Below are positions 9,453 through 17,665 of a stretch of DNA of 54,335 bases, one piece after another (the stretch's first letter is position 1; each line of letters begins with the position of its first letter). Made by a program: the position numbers and the translations under genes. Origin of the DNA: Acidimicrobiales bacterium (GTDB lineage: Bacteria; Actinomycetota; Acidimicrobiia; Acidimicrobiales; Iamiaceae); NCBI GenBank assembly GCA_020439555.1, contig JAGQSN010000095.1, positions 1 through 54,335 of the forward strand. The letters are read 5' to 3'. The notes beneath the pieces are model-generated. The model had not been told where the DNA came from, made no database searches, and worked only from the letters and a program-made list of their open reading frames with translations.

Positions 9453-10600
9453 GCACGGTCGAGGGTGTGACGGTCGCGGACCTTCCGGCGTTGGCAGACG
9501 TCCGGCTACCGGATCCGGCCAGATCGGAATTGGAGGCCGTGATGGCGGCGTCGAACGAGCGTCGATTGCGCCTCGCCCGGGAAGGTTGCCTCGTAGGGCT
9601 TCCCGAAGTCGGAGTCGATGCGTGGCGGGACGGCAAGGACGTCCAGCCCGCGATCACTTCCGTGACAGAGATGTCCGGATTCTCGATGGATCTCGTGACC
9701 GAAGCGTGCCTCGTCACTCATGCTGCGCACGTGGTCCCATCGGACCCGGACACGGACGCCGTGGAAGTCGGCAACGTCGCCGATGCCGGACGTGCGATCG
9801 AGGCGGGTCAGGTGATCCGATTGCTGCACGGCGCGGATCTCTTGCCGGCTGTCGGAGCACTGGCCGACGACCTCGTCGCGTGGCTCTGGGCACGTTGCGA
9901 CGTGGAGCTGTCGCTCGCAACGGCTCCTTTCGACGGGCTCGGGCTCTGGCGGGACAGTGATGTGATCGTGATTCCTCTCCTCGGGGCACTGCACGTCTCA
10001 CTCGTCGGGCCCACGAGGTCCGCCCCTGGCCCGAACGATCCCCCGAAGGGGCCGCCCATCTGGACGGGCATGGTCTCCCGATCGACTGCGTTGCGCCTGC
10101 CCCGGGGTTGGGGCTTCGTCGCATCGGCGCCGAGCGAGGTCGCATGGGCCGAGATCACCGTCCGCCGACAACGTGGTTCCGACGTCGCCCGTTTCATCGC
10201 CGACCGGGCGCCGTTCCATGTGGCCTTCCGGGAGGACGCTCCGTTCTCGCTCGACGCGGTCGACCCTGCACCGGATTCGATCTTCGGTTCGCCCGACGGT
10301 CTGCGGGACCGACTCGTCGAACTCGACCTGGATAGCCTCGCCACGATGGCCGCCGCGGACTGGAGGGCTCGACTCGCTCGCGCGACACCCGAATCGCTCG
10401 CCCGAGTGTTGGGTGGTCCGACAGGGGCGTTCGATGACTCCCTCGGTGGTCTGATGGTCGTCGATCGCCTCCCTCCCAACTCCGAGCAACTGCGAGATCA
10501 CGAGTGTGCTGTCGCTGGTGGTGGCCTCGTCGTACGGGGGCTCCCGTCGCAGCTGGCTGCCCTGCTCGAATCCGATTCCGTGGGCGAGCCCGGGAGTTGA
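9449..10600 (+). CDS. Degenerate JmjC/cupin paralogue (metal ligands lost)
   Basis: LWRDSDVIVIPLLG aligns with HWDDHDVLIIQLxG, and LPRGWGF aligns with IPRGWGH. TTGA overlap with the upstream gene. Confidence 0.75.
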   Translation: MSTVEGVTVADLPALADVRLPDPARSELEAVMAASNERRLRLAREGCLVGLPEVGVDAWRDGKDVQPAITSVTEMSGFSMDLVTEACLVTHAAHVVPSDPDTDAVEVGNVADAGRAIEAGQVIRLLHGADLLPAVGALADDLVAWLWARCDVELSLATAPFDGLGLWRDSDVIVIPLLGALHVSLVGPTRSAPGPNDPPKGPPIWTGMVSRSTALRLPRGWGFVASAPSEVAWAEITVRRQRGSDVARFIADRAPFHVAFREDAPFSLDAVDPAPDSIFGSPDGLRDRLVELDLDSLATMAAADWRARLARATPESLARVLGGPTGAFDDSLGGLMVVDRLPPNSEQLRDHECAVAGGGLVVRGLPSQLAALLESDSVGEPGS

Positions 10601-11898
10601 GTCGGTTGGGTGAACAACTGGACGGAAACCTCATCTCGGTCGAGACAGGGCTTCCGCTCCCACACGTCCGCCCCCCGCGGTCCGACGGAGCCACGTGGGA
10701 GAGGATCCTGCTCACCTCCTCGGAGACAGCGGTCGCGGACTCGATGCATCGGCTCGAGGCCCGAATGCCGATCCACGCGCTGTTGGCGGCCGAGTGGGCA
10801 ACGGTGCCGACCTCCGTCGAGATCGACGATTGGTTCGGCGGCGTGGAGCATTGGGAATTGATCGACACGCTGCTCGGCGTCGGACACGTTCCGTCCCGGA
10901 GGATCCTCGTGTGCGACGGATCCGATCTGGTCGCTCCCGAAGCGATCCCCGCCGATCCGCTCGCCTTCGACGTCGAACGACCGAACCTCCCTTGGCTGAT
11001 GAACCATGCGACTTCGGGTGGTGGGTTCCTCCTCTCGGAGGTCGACCTCGTGGACCAGGGTGTCGGCCGCAACCACGAGGACCTGGACAGGGTCACCCTG
11101 GCTCGGACGCGCTGCGACCTCGGAGTAGTGGGGGAGGGGGCAGTACTGCACCAGCCACACGACAACGCGGCGAGGATCGTGATGGCGATCGATCGTCCTG
11201 TCCTCGTTCAGACCCACGCGGCGCCGGGCGATGGTCACTCGGCACCGCTCCCGACGAGTCACCGTGTCGAGCCTGGTACCGGTCTTCTGGTCCCCATGGG
11301 TCGCGGATGGCGTGTCAGTGGAGACGGCGCCGGTGCACTCGTGTCGATGATCGTCGTTCCGCGCTGGCGGGTCGTCGATCTGGTCGAGGAGATCGAGTTC
11401 GAGTCCCTCTTCTGGCCGATGCTGCGCGCCGACGTACCGTCGGATCTCGACGAACCGATCCTCTCCTACAGCGGAAGTGTTCTGGTCGACGGCTTCGACC
11501 GGGCCGCGGAGTCGATATGCGGTGAACTCGCGCTGGCCAACATCACGGCCCGGAGGCGTGCGCGAATGCAGGCGCGCTGGTCGACGCGACTGTCTGTCGC
11601 TGCTGGCTTGTTCGGTGTATCGCTGGCGGTGGACCCGGAGGTGCGTTGTCCGTTGCCGGGCGGGCTCCAGGTTGCTTCCGTGTCGACGGACACAGAGCCC
11701 GTCCTCTACGGCGCAGGCCGTCGCTACAGGGTGGACGCAGCGGCCGCGGCGGCTGTGGCGCTGCTCAGCGACGGTCGGGTTCACACTCGTTCCGAGGTTC
11801 TGGGCTTCGCGCCTGACGGTCTCGATCCATCCATCTGGAGTTCGGGGTTGATCCAGGAAGCGATGGGCTGCGGGATCGTCGAGGTGGTCAGGACATGA
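10597..11898 (+). CDS. Degenerate JmjC/cupin paralogue with C-terminal winged-helix domain
   Basis: VEPGTGLLVPMGRGWRV aligns with LEPGMFVSIPRGWAHDV. LRADVPSDLD resembles FREDAPFSLD of the upstream paralogue, and the C-terminal RCPLPGG...LYGAG...LLSDGR...GIVEVV matches the downstream one. TTG 10597 overlaps the upstream TGA. Confidence 0.7.
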   Translation: MSRLGEQLDGNLISVETGLPLPHVRPPRSDGATWERILLTSSETAVADSMHRLEARMPIHALLAAEWATVPTSVEIDDWFGGVEHWELIDTLLGVGHVPSRRILVCDGSDLVAPEAIPADPLAFDVERPNLPWLMNHATSGGGFLLSEVDLVDQGVGRNHEDLDRVTLARTRCDLGVVGEGAVLHQPHDNAARIVMAIDRPVLVQTHAAPGDGHSAPLPTSHRVEPGTGLLVPMGRGWRVSGDGAGALVSMIVVPRWRVVDLVEEIEFESLFWPMLRADVPSDLDEPILSYSGSVLVDGFDRAAESICGELALANITARRRARMQARWSTRLSVAAGLFGVSLAVDPEVRCPLPGGLQVASVSTDTEPVLYGAGRRYRVDAAAAAAVALLSDGRVHTRSEVLGFAPDGLDPSIWSSGLIQEAMGCGIVEVVRT

Positions 11899-13190
11899 CT
11901 CTCGAACCGCTGGCACCCCTCGATCCTCTCGGCGAACTCCGGCCGTCGGAGGAGCGCGATCCGATCGCTCGCACTCTCGAGACCGCTCGTCTGCGAGGAG
12001 TGTCGGACAGCGCACGGGTGTTGAGCGAACTGCTGTCCGGCTGCGACATTTCCGAGTCCGTGCAGAGGACCGACGGCGGGACGGTGCAGATCGGTTCTCT
12101 CGCATCCGGGTTCGCGGACGTGTTCGACCCGTGGCAGATCCTCGACGGTCTGTTCGGTTCGGGAGGCGTGGACGGCCTCAAGGTGTCGGTCGTGAGGGAA
12201 CGGGCGTCGTCACCGTTGGGGAACATCGACGACGCGGTGAGTAGTCGACCGGACGCACCCTGGGTGGTCCCCGTCGGTCGGGTCATGGATGCCTTGAGCC
12301 AGGGGTTCACTGTCGTGCTCGACGGTATGGACCGTCGCAACCGCTTGCTGCGCCGATTGTCCGAGCACCTGGCACGAGCCTTTCAGTGTCCCGTGAACAT
12401 AAACGGTTACTTGAGCCTTCGTCCGGACCCTGGATTCGGGGTCCACTGGGACGACCACGAGGTCATCATCATCCAACTCCTGGGTCGCAAGCACTGGAAG
12501 ATCCACCAGCCCGTCACGCTCTCCCCGACAGGCACCACCCATCCCGTCAACGAAGCTGGAGACCTTGCCTGGGAAGGCGATCTCGAACCGGGGATGTTCG
12601 TCTCGATTCCCCGGGGGTGGGCACACGACGTGTCGGGCATGGACGAGCTGACCTTCCACCTGACCCTCACGATCCCTCGCCGGAACATCTCCCGCGTCAT
12701 CCGGTCGAGCATCGAAATGAACTCCTCGGACGCCAGGGCCGTGACACTCGTCGACGGCGGAGATCCACCGCTGGGATTCGTTCTCGACAGCATTCGCGAG
12801 AACTTTCGTGGCGTCATCGCCCGCGACCGGGCCTCATTGGCAGCGGTTTCATGTCAGATCCCGTCGGCTTTGTTCCGGGCTCTCGACCAGGAAGCCGCGG
12901 ATCCTCACCTCGCGGTCCGGAGTCCGTTGCCCGGAGGTGGCACGCGCTGGCGGGACGAACACGGTGAATCTGTCCTGTTCGCCGGCGGAGGTCATTTCCG
13001 GGTGTCCGACGGGTATCTGTCAGTTCTGGCAGAACTTCTCGACGGCAGGACACGCACGGTGCAGGAGATCGAGGCCGCCTCACCCGAACCCGCGACGGTG
13101 GTCCGCTCCGTGGTCGCCGGCGCACTCCGGGTAGGTCTCCTGGAGGTCGTCGATGATCCGACGACCTGGGGGATCGTCCGAGCGGAGTAG
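11895..13190 (+). CDS. JmjC/cupin (ROX-like) Fe(II)/2OG hydroxylase
   Basis: NINGYLS..GFGVHWDDHEVIIIQLLGRKHWKI...IPRGWAHDV..FHLT, followed by a C-terminal winged helix; ATGA overlap. Confidence 0.92.
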   Translation: MTLEPLAPLDPLGELRPSEERDPIARTLETARLRGVSDSARVLSELLSGCDISESVQRTDGGTVQIGSLASGFADVFDPWQILDGLFGSGGVDGLKVSVVRERASSPLGNIDDAVSSRPDAPWVVPVGRVMDALSQGFTVVLDGMDRRNRLLRRLSEHLARAFQCPVNINGYLSLRPDPGFGVHWDDHEVIIIQLLGRKHWKIHQPVTLSPTGTTHPVNEAGDLAWEGDLEPGMFVSIPRGWAHDVSGMDELTFHLTLTIPRRNISRVIRSSIEMNSSDARAVTLVDGGDPPLGFVLDSIRENFRGVIARDRASLAAVSCQIPSALFRALDQEAADPHLAVRSPLPGGGTRWRDEHGESVLFAGGGHFRVSDGYLSVLAELLDGRTRTVQEIEAASPEPATVVRSVVAGALRVGLLEVVDDPTTWGIVRAE

Positions 13191-13191
13191 C

Positions 13192-14496
13192 TCAGTCGGT
13201 GCCGAAGGCGGCGTCGATGCTCCCGACGAGCGTCGGGAGAGAACGCGTCGTCCGGTACTCACGCTGGACAGTCACCGAACCATGCAGACGCCGTATCGCA
13301 TGCACGATGGACGATCGGTCGTCACTGTCACCTCCGGGCGACGTGCGCGCGAACAGCGCGACCTCGTGCATCGGGAGCTCGGCTTCGGGTCGGTTGCCCC
13401 GAGCCCACAGACCTCGAACCGGGAACCGGTCGAAGGTGACATCGTCGAGCGATGTCATGTCCGCCCGGGGGACTGCCACGTGATCCGAGGTGGCGTCGAG
13501 GTAGACCCGCGGCGCGGGGATGAGGCTTATGCCGTGGCGGGCGAGTTGGCGCAGCATTCCGCGCGGCTGTTCCAGGGAGGAGCGCGGTGCGAGGACGACG
13601 GTTCCGTTCTTCTCGAGGGCGTGAACTCTCAGTTCGATGTGGTCCGGTGGCGGTGCTAGATCGGCGTGCAGGAGCAGCAACCTGCTGATCCCATCCCGTA
13701 TCCGGTCTCTCTCTACGGTGCTCGCGACCAGAACTCCGCCCTCGTCGTACAGCCCGAAACGGCGTGGTCGACCAGGGGCGTCGTCCACCGTGACGTAACA
13801 AACCGTCGGACCTCGCTCCAGTTCACGGTCGACGGCAGTCGAACGCCGCGCCCACTCGGCGATCTCGGCGTCGGTGGTGCGCACGCCGTTGGTTCGCCCG
13901 CCGACCGGGACACGGACGAGGTGGGCCTCGCGGTCCAGTTGAAGCTTCCGCCCGAGGCACGAGGTCGGCGGGATCATCTCCAGCGGCGAAGCCTGCCCAT
14001 AGCTCACCGCCGCCGATTCCTCCTTGGTGAGGTTGAACTCGGTCACGAGGTACTTGACACCGTCCACGACCTCGAAGCTCTCGACGTAGTCGCGCTGATC
14101 AGTGGCTGGGGCCAGCGCGTCCCAGGCCGAACGCACCTCGTCGAGACCGGAGGCGAGCCCGTTGAGGGCCAGGTCGAGCGCGAGCGAGGTGACGTGTCGT
14201 CTCGCTGTCTCCGGCCCTACTCCGGTCGCCTCGATGATGTCGGTCGTCAGCTCAGCGAGGGTTACGGAGCCGTCGAGGAGTTCCCAAAGGGTCGCCGTGA
14301 GTCGTGGGAAGACGAAGGGTGGGTGATCCCGCGCCCACACGATGCTGCCGTCCGATCCGAACCGCACTGTGACGACATCGGGATGGCGGATGGGCCGGGC
14401 GTGCTCGGCTGCGCGGTGCAGCGTGACGTCGAGATCCGAAGTGGCCGAGGGTAGACCCCCTGCTGGAACGGTCACCTCAAAGGTGGGAGGAGACAC
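13192..14496 (-). CDS. PqqD/RRE domain fused to degenerate HprK-like domain
   Basis: N-terminal RHPDVVTVRFG...TATLWELLDGSVTLAELTTDI...LALDLALNGL is PqqD-like. C-terminal LRVHALEKNGTVVLAP resembles the HprK pre-P-loop strands but lacks GxSGxGKS. Confidence 0.75.
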   Translation of the reverse strand: MSPPTFEVTVPAGGLPSATSDLDVTLHRAAEHARPIRHPDVVTVRFGSDGSIVWARDHPPFVFPRLTATLWELLDGSVTLAELTTDIIEATGVGPETARRHVTSLALDLALNGLASGLDEVRSAWDALAPATDQRDYVESFEVVDGVKYLVTEFNLTKEESAAVSYGQASPLEMIPPTSCLGRKLQLDREAHLVRVPVGGRTNGVRTTDAEIAEWARRSTAVDRELERGPTVCYVTVDDAPGRPRRFGLYDEGGVLVASTVERDRIRDGISRLLLLHADLAPPPDHIELRVHALEKNGTVVLAPRSSLEQPRGMLRQLARHGISLIPAPRVYLDATSDHVAVPRADMTSLDDVTFDRFPVRGLWARGNRPEAELPMHEVALFARTSPGGDSDDRSSIVHAIRRLHGSVTVQREYRTTRSLPTLVGSIDAAFGTD

Positions 14497-14534
14497 GGGT
14501 GCCTCGCGTGCGGCCGACCGTCGGCAGGAGGTGC

Positions 14535-15119
14535 TCAGTTGCAGACGCAGGTCATGTTGATTCGAAGTTGACCGTCAGGGTCGTCCTGGTAGTAGCCGCC
14601 TCCACCCTGGCAGTCAGGTGTCGCCTGCTGAGTCCCGTTCGAGGTGAAGTTGAACGTCCCGCCGCCGTTACGGAAGCGGAAAGAGCCGCCGTTGTTGCAG
14701 TTGCCGGCAACGTTCACGGTGCAGGCCTGGTTGGCGGAGTTCGTGAATCCGTTGACGGTCAGGTTGACGATGCCGTTGTCGTCGTTGACGCTGCCGGAGA
14801 TCGCTCCGTTGAGGGTGAACTTTCCGCCGACGTTGGACGGACCGAAGTTCCAAGTACCGCAGCAGTTGTTGCCCCAGCACTCCGTCGATCCCACAGAGCA
14901 GTTGTTCGAGTTCTTGGTGATCTGGGATATCGACCCGCCGCTGCAGGAGGCCGCGGCGGCGTAGTCGGGTGCCACCGACAGTCCCTCGATCCGTGGCGCC
15001 GTCCAAACGGCTGCCGCGGCGGCGCCGCCGAATGCCGCCTTGATCGCGGCACGCCTCGAAACGGCCTGCTCGTCGTTCGTTCGTTCGTTCGAATCGTCGG
15101 CGGTTGGTGTTTCAGCCAT
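14535..15119 (-). CDS. Tat-signal, Asn/Cys/Gly-rich secreted protein; putative modification substrate (194 aa)
   Basis: ATG at 15119 with a GGAGG upstream. Leader SRRAAIK..AAAAAVWTAPRIEGLSVAPDYAAAA; the 137-aa mature part has 10 Cys and 23 Asn by manual count. Confidence 0.85.
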   Translation of the reverse strand: MAETPTADDSNERTNDEQAVSRRAAIKAAFGGAAAAAVWTAPRIEGLSVAPDYAAAASCSGGSISQITKNSNNCSVGSTECWGNNCCGTWNFGPSNVGGKFTLNGAISGSVNDDNGIVNLTVNGFTNSANQACTVNVAGNCNNGGSFRFRNGGGTFNFTSNGTQQATPDCQGGGGYYQDDPDGQLRINMTCVCN

Positions 15120-15564
15120 CGACCAGTCCCTCCTCCAGGTCGTCGAGCACACGCTCGGCGAACATCTCCGGGTTGTCGACCACGTACGTGGCCAGGATTT
15201 GACGTTGGGGCGAGATGAGGTACGCGATGCGGTTCGCGTAGGCGGCAGTCCCGTCCTCGCCTGCCACGCCGTAGGCAACCCCGACCTTCCGATCGAGGTC
15301 GCTGAGCAGGGGGAATCCGAGGTCGTACTTGTCGGCGAAGGCACGAAGGTCTTCGACCGGATCGAACGATGCACCGAGCACTCGGCATCCGAACCCGTCG
15401 AACACCTCGATGTGGTCCCTGAGTCCCTGCGCCTGTGCGACGCACCCAGGTGTGTCCGCTTTCGGGTACCAGTAGAGCAGCGTCAACTGGTCCCCCAAGG
15501 ACTGGTTCTTGCCCTGCTGGTCCAACAGCGTGAAGTCGGGCGCGCGCTCCCCCACGTCGAGCAT
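15112..15564 (-). CDS. bcp: Peroxiredoxin, BCP/PrxQ type
   Basis: VGERAPDFTLLDQ, YWYPKADTPGC (PxxxTxxC), VLGASFD, FPLLSD and NRIAYLI. ATG at 15564. Confidence 0.9.
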   Translation of the reverse strand: MLDVGERAPDFTLLDQQGKNQSLGDQLTLLYWYPKADTPGCVAQAQGLRDHIEVFDGFGCRVLGASFDPVEDLRAFADKYDLGFPLLSDLDRKVGVAYGVAGEDGTAAYANRIAYLISPQRQILATYVVDNPEMFAERVLDDLEEGLVDG

Positions 15565-15654
15565 GGTCCGCACCGTAGTCGCGACCCGCCACTCGGACAA
15601 CGGACCGAGCGCAGAATGTACAGAGATAGTTCGAAAGGCCCAAGCGGCCATTAC

Positions 15655-16551
15655 TCAGAACGTGCAGAACAATGCCTGCTTCACCTGTCTGTCCAGGGTG
15701 TAGTCGATGCCGATGTCGAGTTTCAGGTGAGCCAGCCGGTCTGTTCGCTCTGCGGCGAAGCGGTGAAGCTCGGAGAATGCAGCTGATCGTCTCAGGAAGC
15801 GGTCGGATCCGCTGAAGGGAACCCCATCGAAGTAGACGCCTTCGCTCTGGGGCTTCACCGCGTAGTGGAAACCTTCGAACTCGTCGGGGAGGAAGAGTTC
15901 GCCGTCGGTCTTCGTGATGTGGATCGAGGATCGTAGGGCGTTGTGGACGTCGCTCAGGGTTGCAGTCGGGTAGTGGGCGTAGATGTTGCGGTGGTCGATA
16001 CCGTCGGCCGTCAGGCGGTAGGAGAGCCCGCCGGGGCGGGTCAGTGGCCCGAAACCTGTGTAGAAGTTGATCGAGTCGATCGCTTCGATTCCGTCGAGGT
16101 TCTGCGCTGTGACGTCGAGCGACACGACGTCACAGCGTTCGAGCGGGGCCCGGTGGATAGCGGCGTCGATTCCCAGACCTTGGTCGATCGCTGCGAGGAA
16201 CGTTTCGATGCCTTTGCTGCCGTCGGTCAAGCGGTACCAGTACAGCTCCCATGACAGTTCATCTCCGTGCGCCACGACGGAAGCCACGATCCTGTCGTTG
16301 CCGACAGATGACCTCAACGTCGTGATCACATCGCCCCATCGGTGCATCCGGCCCGGGTCGCAGGCGAGGAGGAACGCAGTGCTCGACAGAGAGCCTGTCG
16401 GTGCAGGATCGAGGCCTACCTCCGTCGCTTCGCGCAGCAGGAATCCCGTACGAGCAGGTCTCCCTTCGGTCGCAGCGAGACACTCGCAGAGTTCGTCCAA
16501 AGTGGCTGTCGGGTCGGGTCGGGTCGTAGCCGTCCCGTCCTTCTCACTCAT
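15655..16551 (-). CDS. Hypothetical protein (possible beta-barrel enzyme)
   Basis: 298-aa ORF overlapping the PhyH stop by 8 bp. Aromatic strand motifs WELYWY, VVSLDV, INFYTG, RNIYAHY, YAVK, GVYF and LDIGIDY. Confidence 0.75.
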   Translation of the reverse strand: MSEKDGTATTRPDPTATLDELCECLAATEGRPARTGFLLREATEVGLDPAPTGSLSSTAFLLACDPGRMHRWGDVITTLRSSVGNDRIVASVVAHGDELSWELYWYRLTDGSKGIETFLAAIDQGLGIDAAIHRAPLERCDVVSLDVTAQNLDGIEAIDSINFYTGFGPLTRPGGLSYRLTADGIDHRNIYAHYPTATLSDVHNALRSSIHITKTDGELFLPDEFEGFHYAVKPQSEGVYFDGVPFSGSDRFLRRSAAFSELHRFAAERTDRLAHLKLDIGIDYTLDRQVKQALFCTF

Positions 16552-17629
16552 CTGTCGCCGTTTCGATCTCGTCCACGAGATCGTGGAGCATCTCGACGGG
16601 TGGAGTCTGCGTGGTCCCGTCGAGGAGACCCCGCAGCGCTTCTTCCTCGATCCCGTCGAGCTGGCATTCGAAGTTGCGGGTCACGGGTCGTGACGGATTC
16701 CTGGAGTACAGGAGCGCGGGAGTCTCCTCGAGGAAGAACTGTTCGTCCACGTCGAACTGCAGGTAACCCGACTCCGTTCGGGCGAAGTGGACGAGGCTTC
16801 CCCCGCTTCGGTGGCACCACATTCCGACTGCCAGGCGTGGCGTCGCGGAGTTGTTGTCGAAGGACATGTGGATCAGACGGTTGTCCCAGATCGCAGCCTC
16901 GCCGGCCTTGAGCGGTACAGCGACCGACCTCGCGCGCAGTTCGTCACGGAACCGCAGCCAGGGCCAGATCGCCTTGGTGCCGCAGGGACCGCCGGGCAGG
17001 AGGTGCGAGCGTGGGACGACGCGGACCATGCCGTTGGAATCGGTGGCGTCGTCGAGTGCGACGTAGATGATGTAGGACCGATCCCCGCTGAGTTCGTCCA
17101 CGTACATCCAGTCGCGGTGCTCCTCGAGGGTCGACCTGTCGCCGCTGAACTTGGCGAGGTAGGTGTAGAGGAATGGGGTGAACCCTGACATCCAGGTTCG
17201 TTCCATCCCACCCATCTCTTCGTGCATGACCTTGCTGGCTTCACGGCGGAAGGTGAGGTCTGGCAGGAAGAAGTCGTTGTGGAAGCCCGTACGGTCGGCC
17301 GGAAATCGATCGAGGAAGAAGCCACGGAGTCGAGCACACGAATCCGAATCGAGTTGGATTCCGGGCAGCCTCACCCACCCTTCGCGTCGCAACACCTCGT
17401 CGAGAGCGGGGTCGTTGAGAACCCGATCTCCGTCAGGCCACTGGTCCCGCGACCGAACCGACGGGACCCATTCGGTCTCGGGAGACTGAGGTGACGTCTC
17501 GAATTGCCCTCGCATGATGAGCTCGTCTCGCTTCAACCACCGCGACGCCTCCACGGGGAGGTGCCTGGTGTTCGTCGTGGGCCGCAACCCTATTTCCCGT
17601 CGGATCGGTTCGTCGCCGCTGATCGACAC
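16544..17629 (-). CDS. Phytanoyl-CoA dioxygenase (PhyH) family Fe(II)/2OG dioxygenase
   Basis: REGWVRL, EHRDW (HxD), YVALDDATDSNG.VRVVPRSH, LKAGEAAIWDNRLIHMS and PRLA motifs. Start uncertain (17629 or 17515). Confidence 0.9.
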   Translation of the reverse strand: MSISGDEPIRREIGLRPTTNTRHLPVEASRWLKRDELIMRGQFETSPQSPETEWVPSVRSRDQWPDGDRVLNDPALDEVLRREGWVRLPGIQLDSDSCARLRGFFLDRFPADRTGFHNDFFLPDLTFRREASKVMHEEMGGMERTWMSGFTPFLYTYLAKFSGDRSTLEEHRDWMYVDELSGDRSYIIYVALDDATDSNGMVRVVPRSHLLPGGPCGTKAIWPWLRFRDELRARSVAVPLKAGEAAIWDNRLIHMSFDNNSATPRLAVGMWCHRSGGSLVHFARTESGYLQFDVDEQFFLEETPALLYSRNPSRPVTRNFECQLDGIEEEALRGLLDGTTQTPPVEMLHDLVDEIETATDE

Positions 17630-17665
17630 GGCAGGACTCGGATTAGGTCCGGGCGCATCAGGGCG

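Noticed and set aside
15120-15374. N-terminal extension of the cargo ORF given by the ORF track (279 aa)
   Set aside because: It overlaps the peroxiredoxin in another frame; ATG 15119 has an RBS and places the RR motif near the N-terminus.
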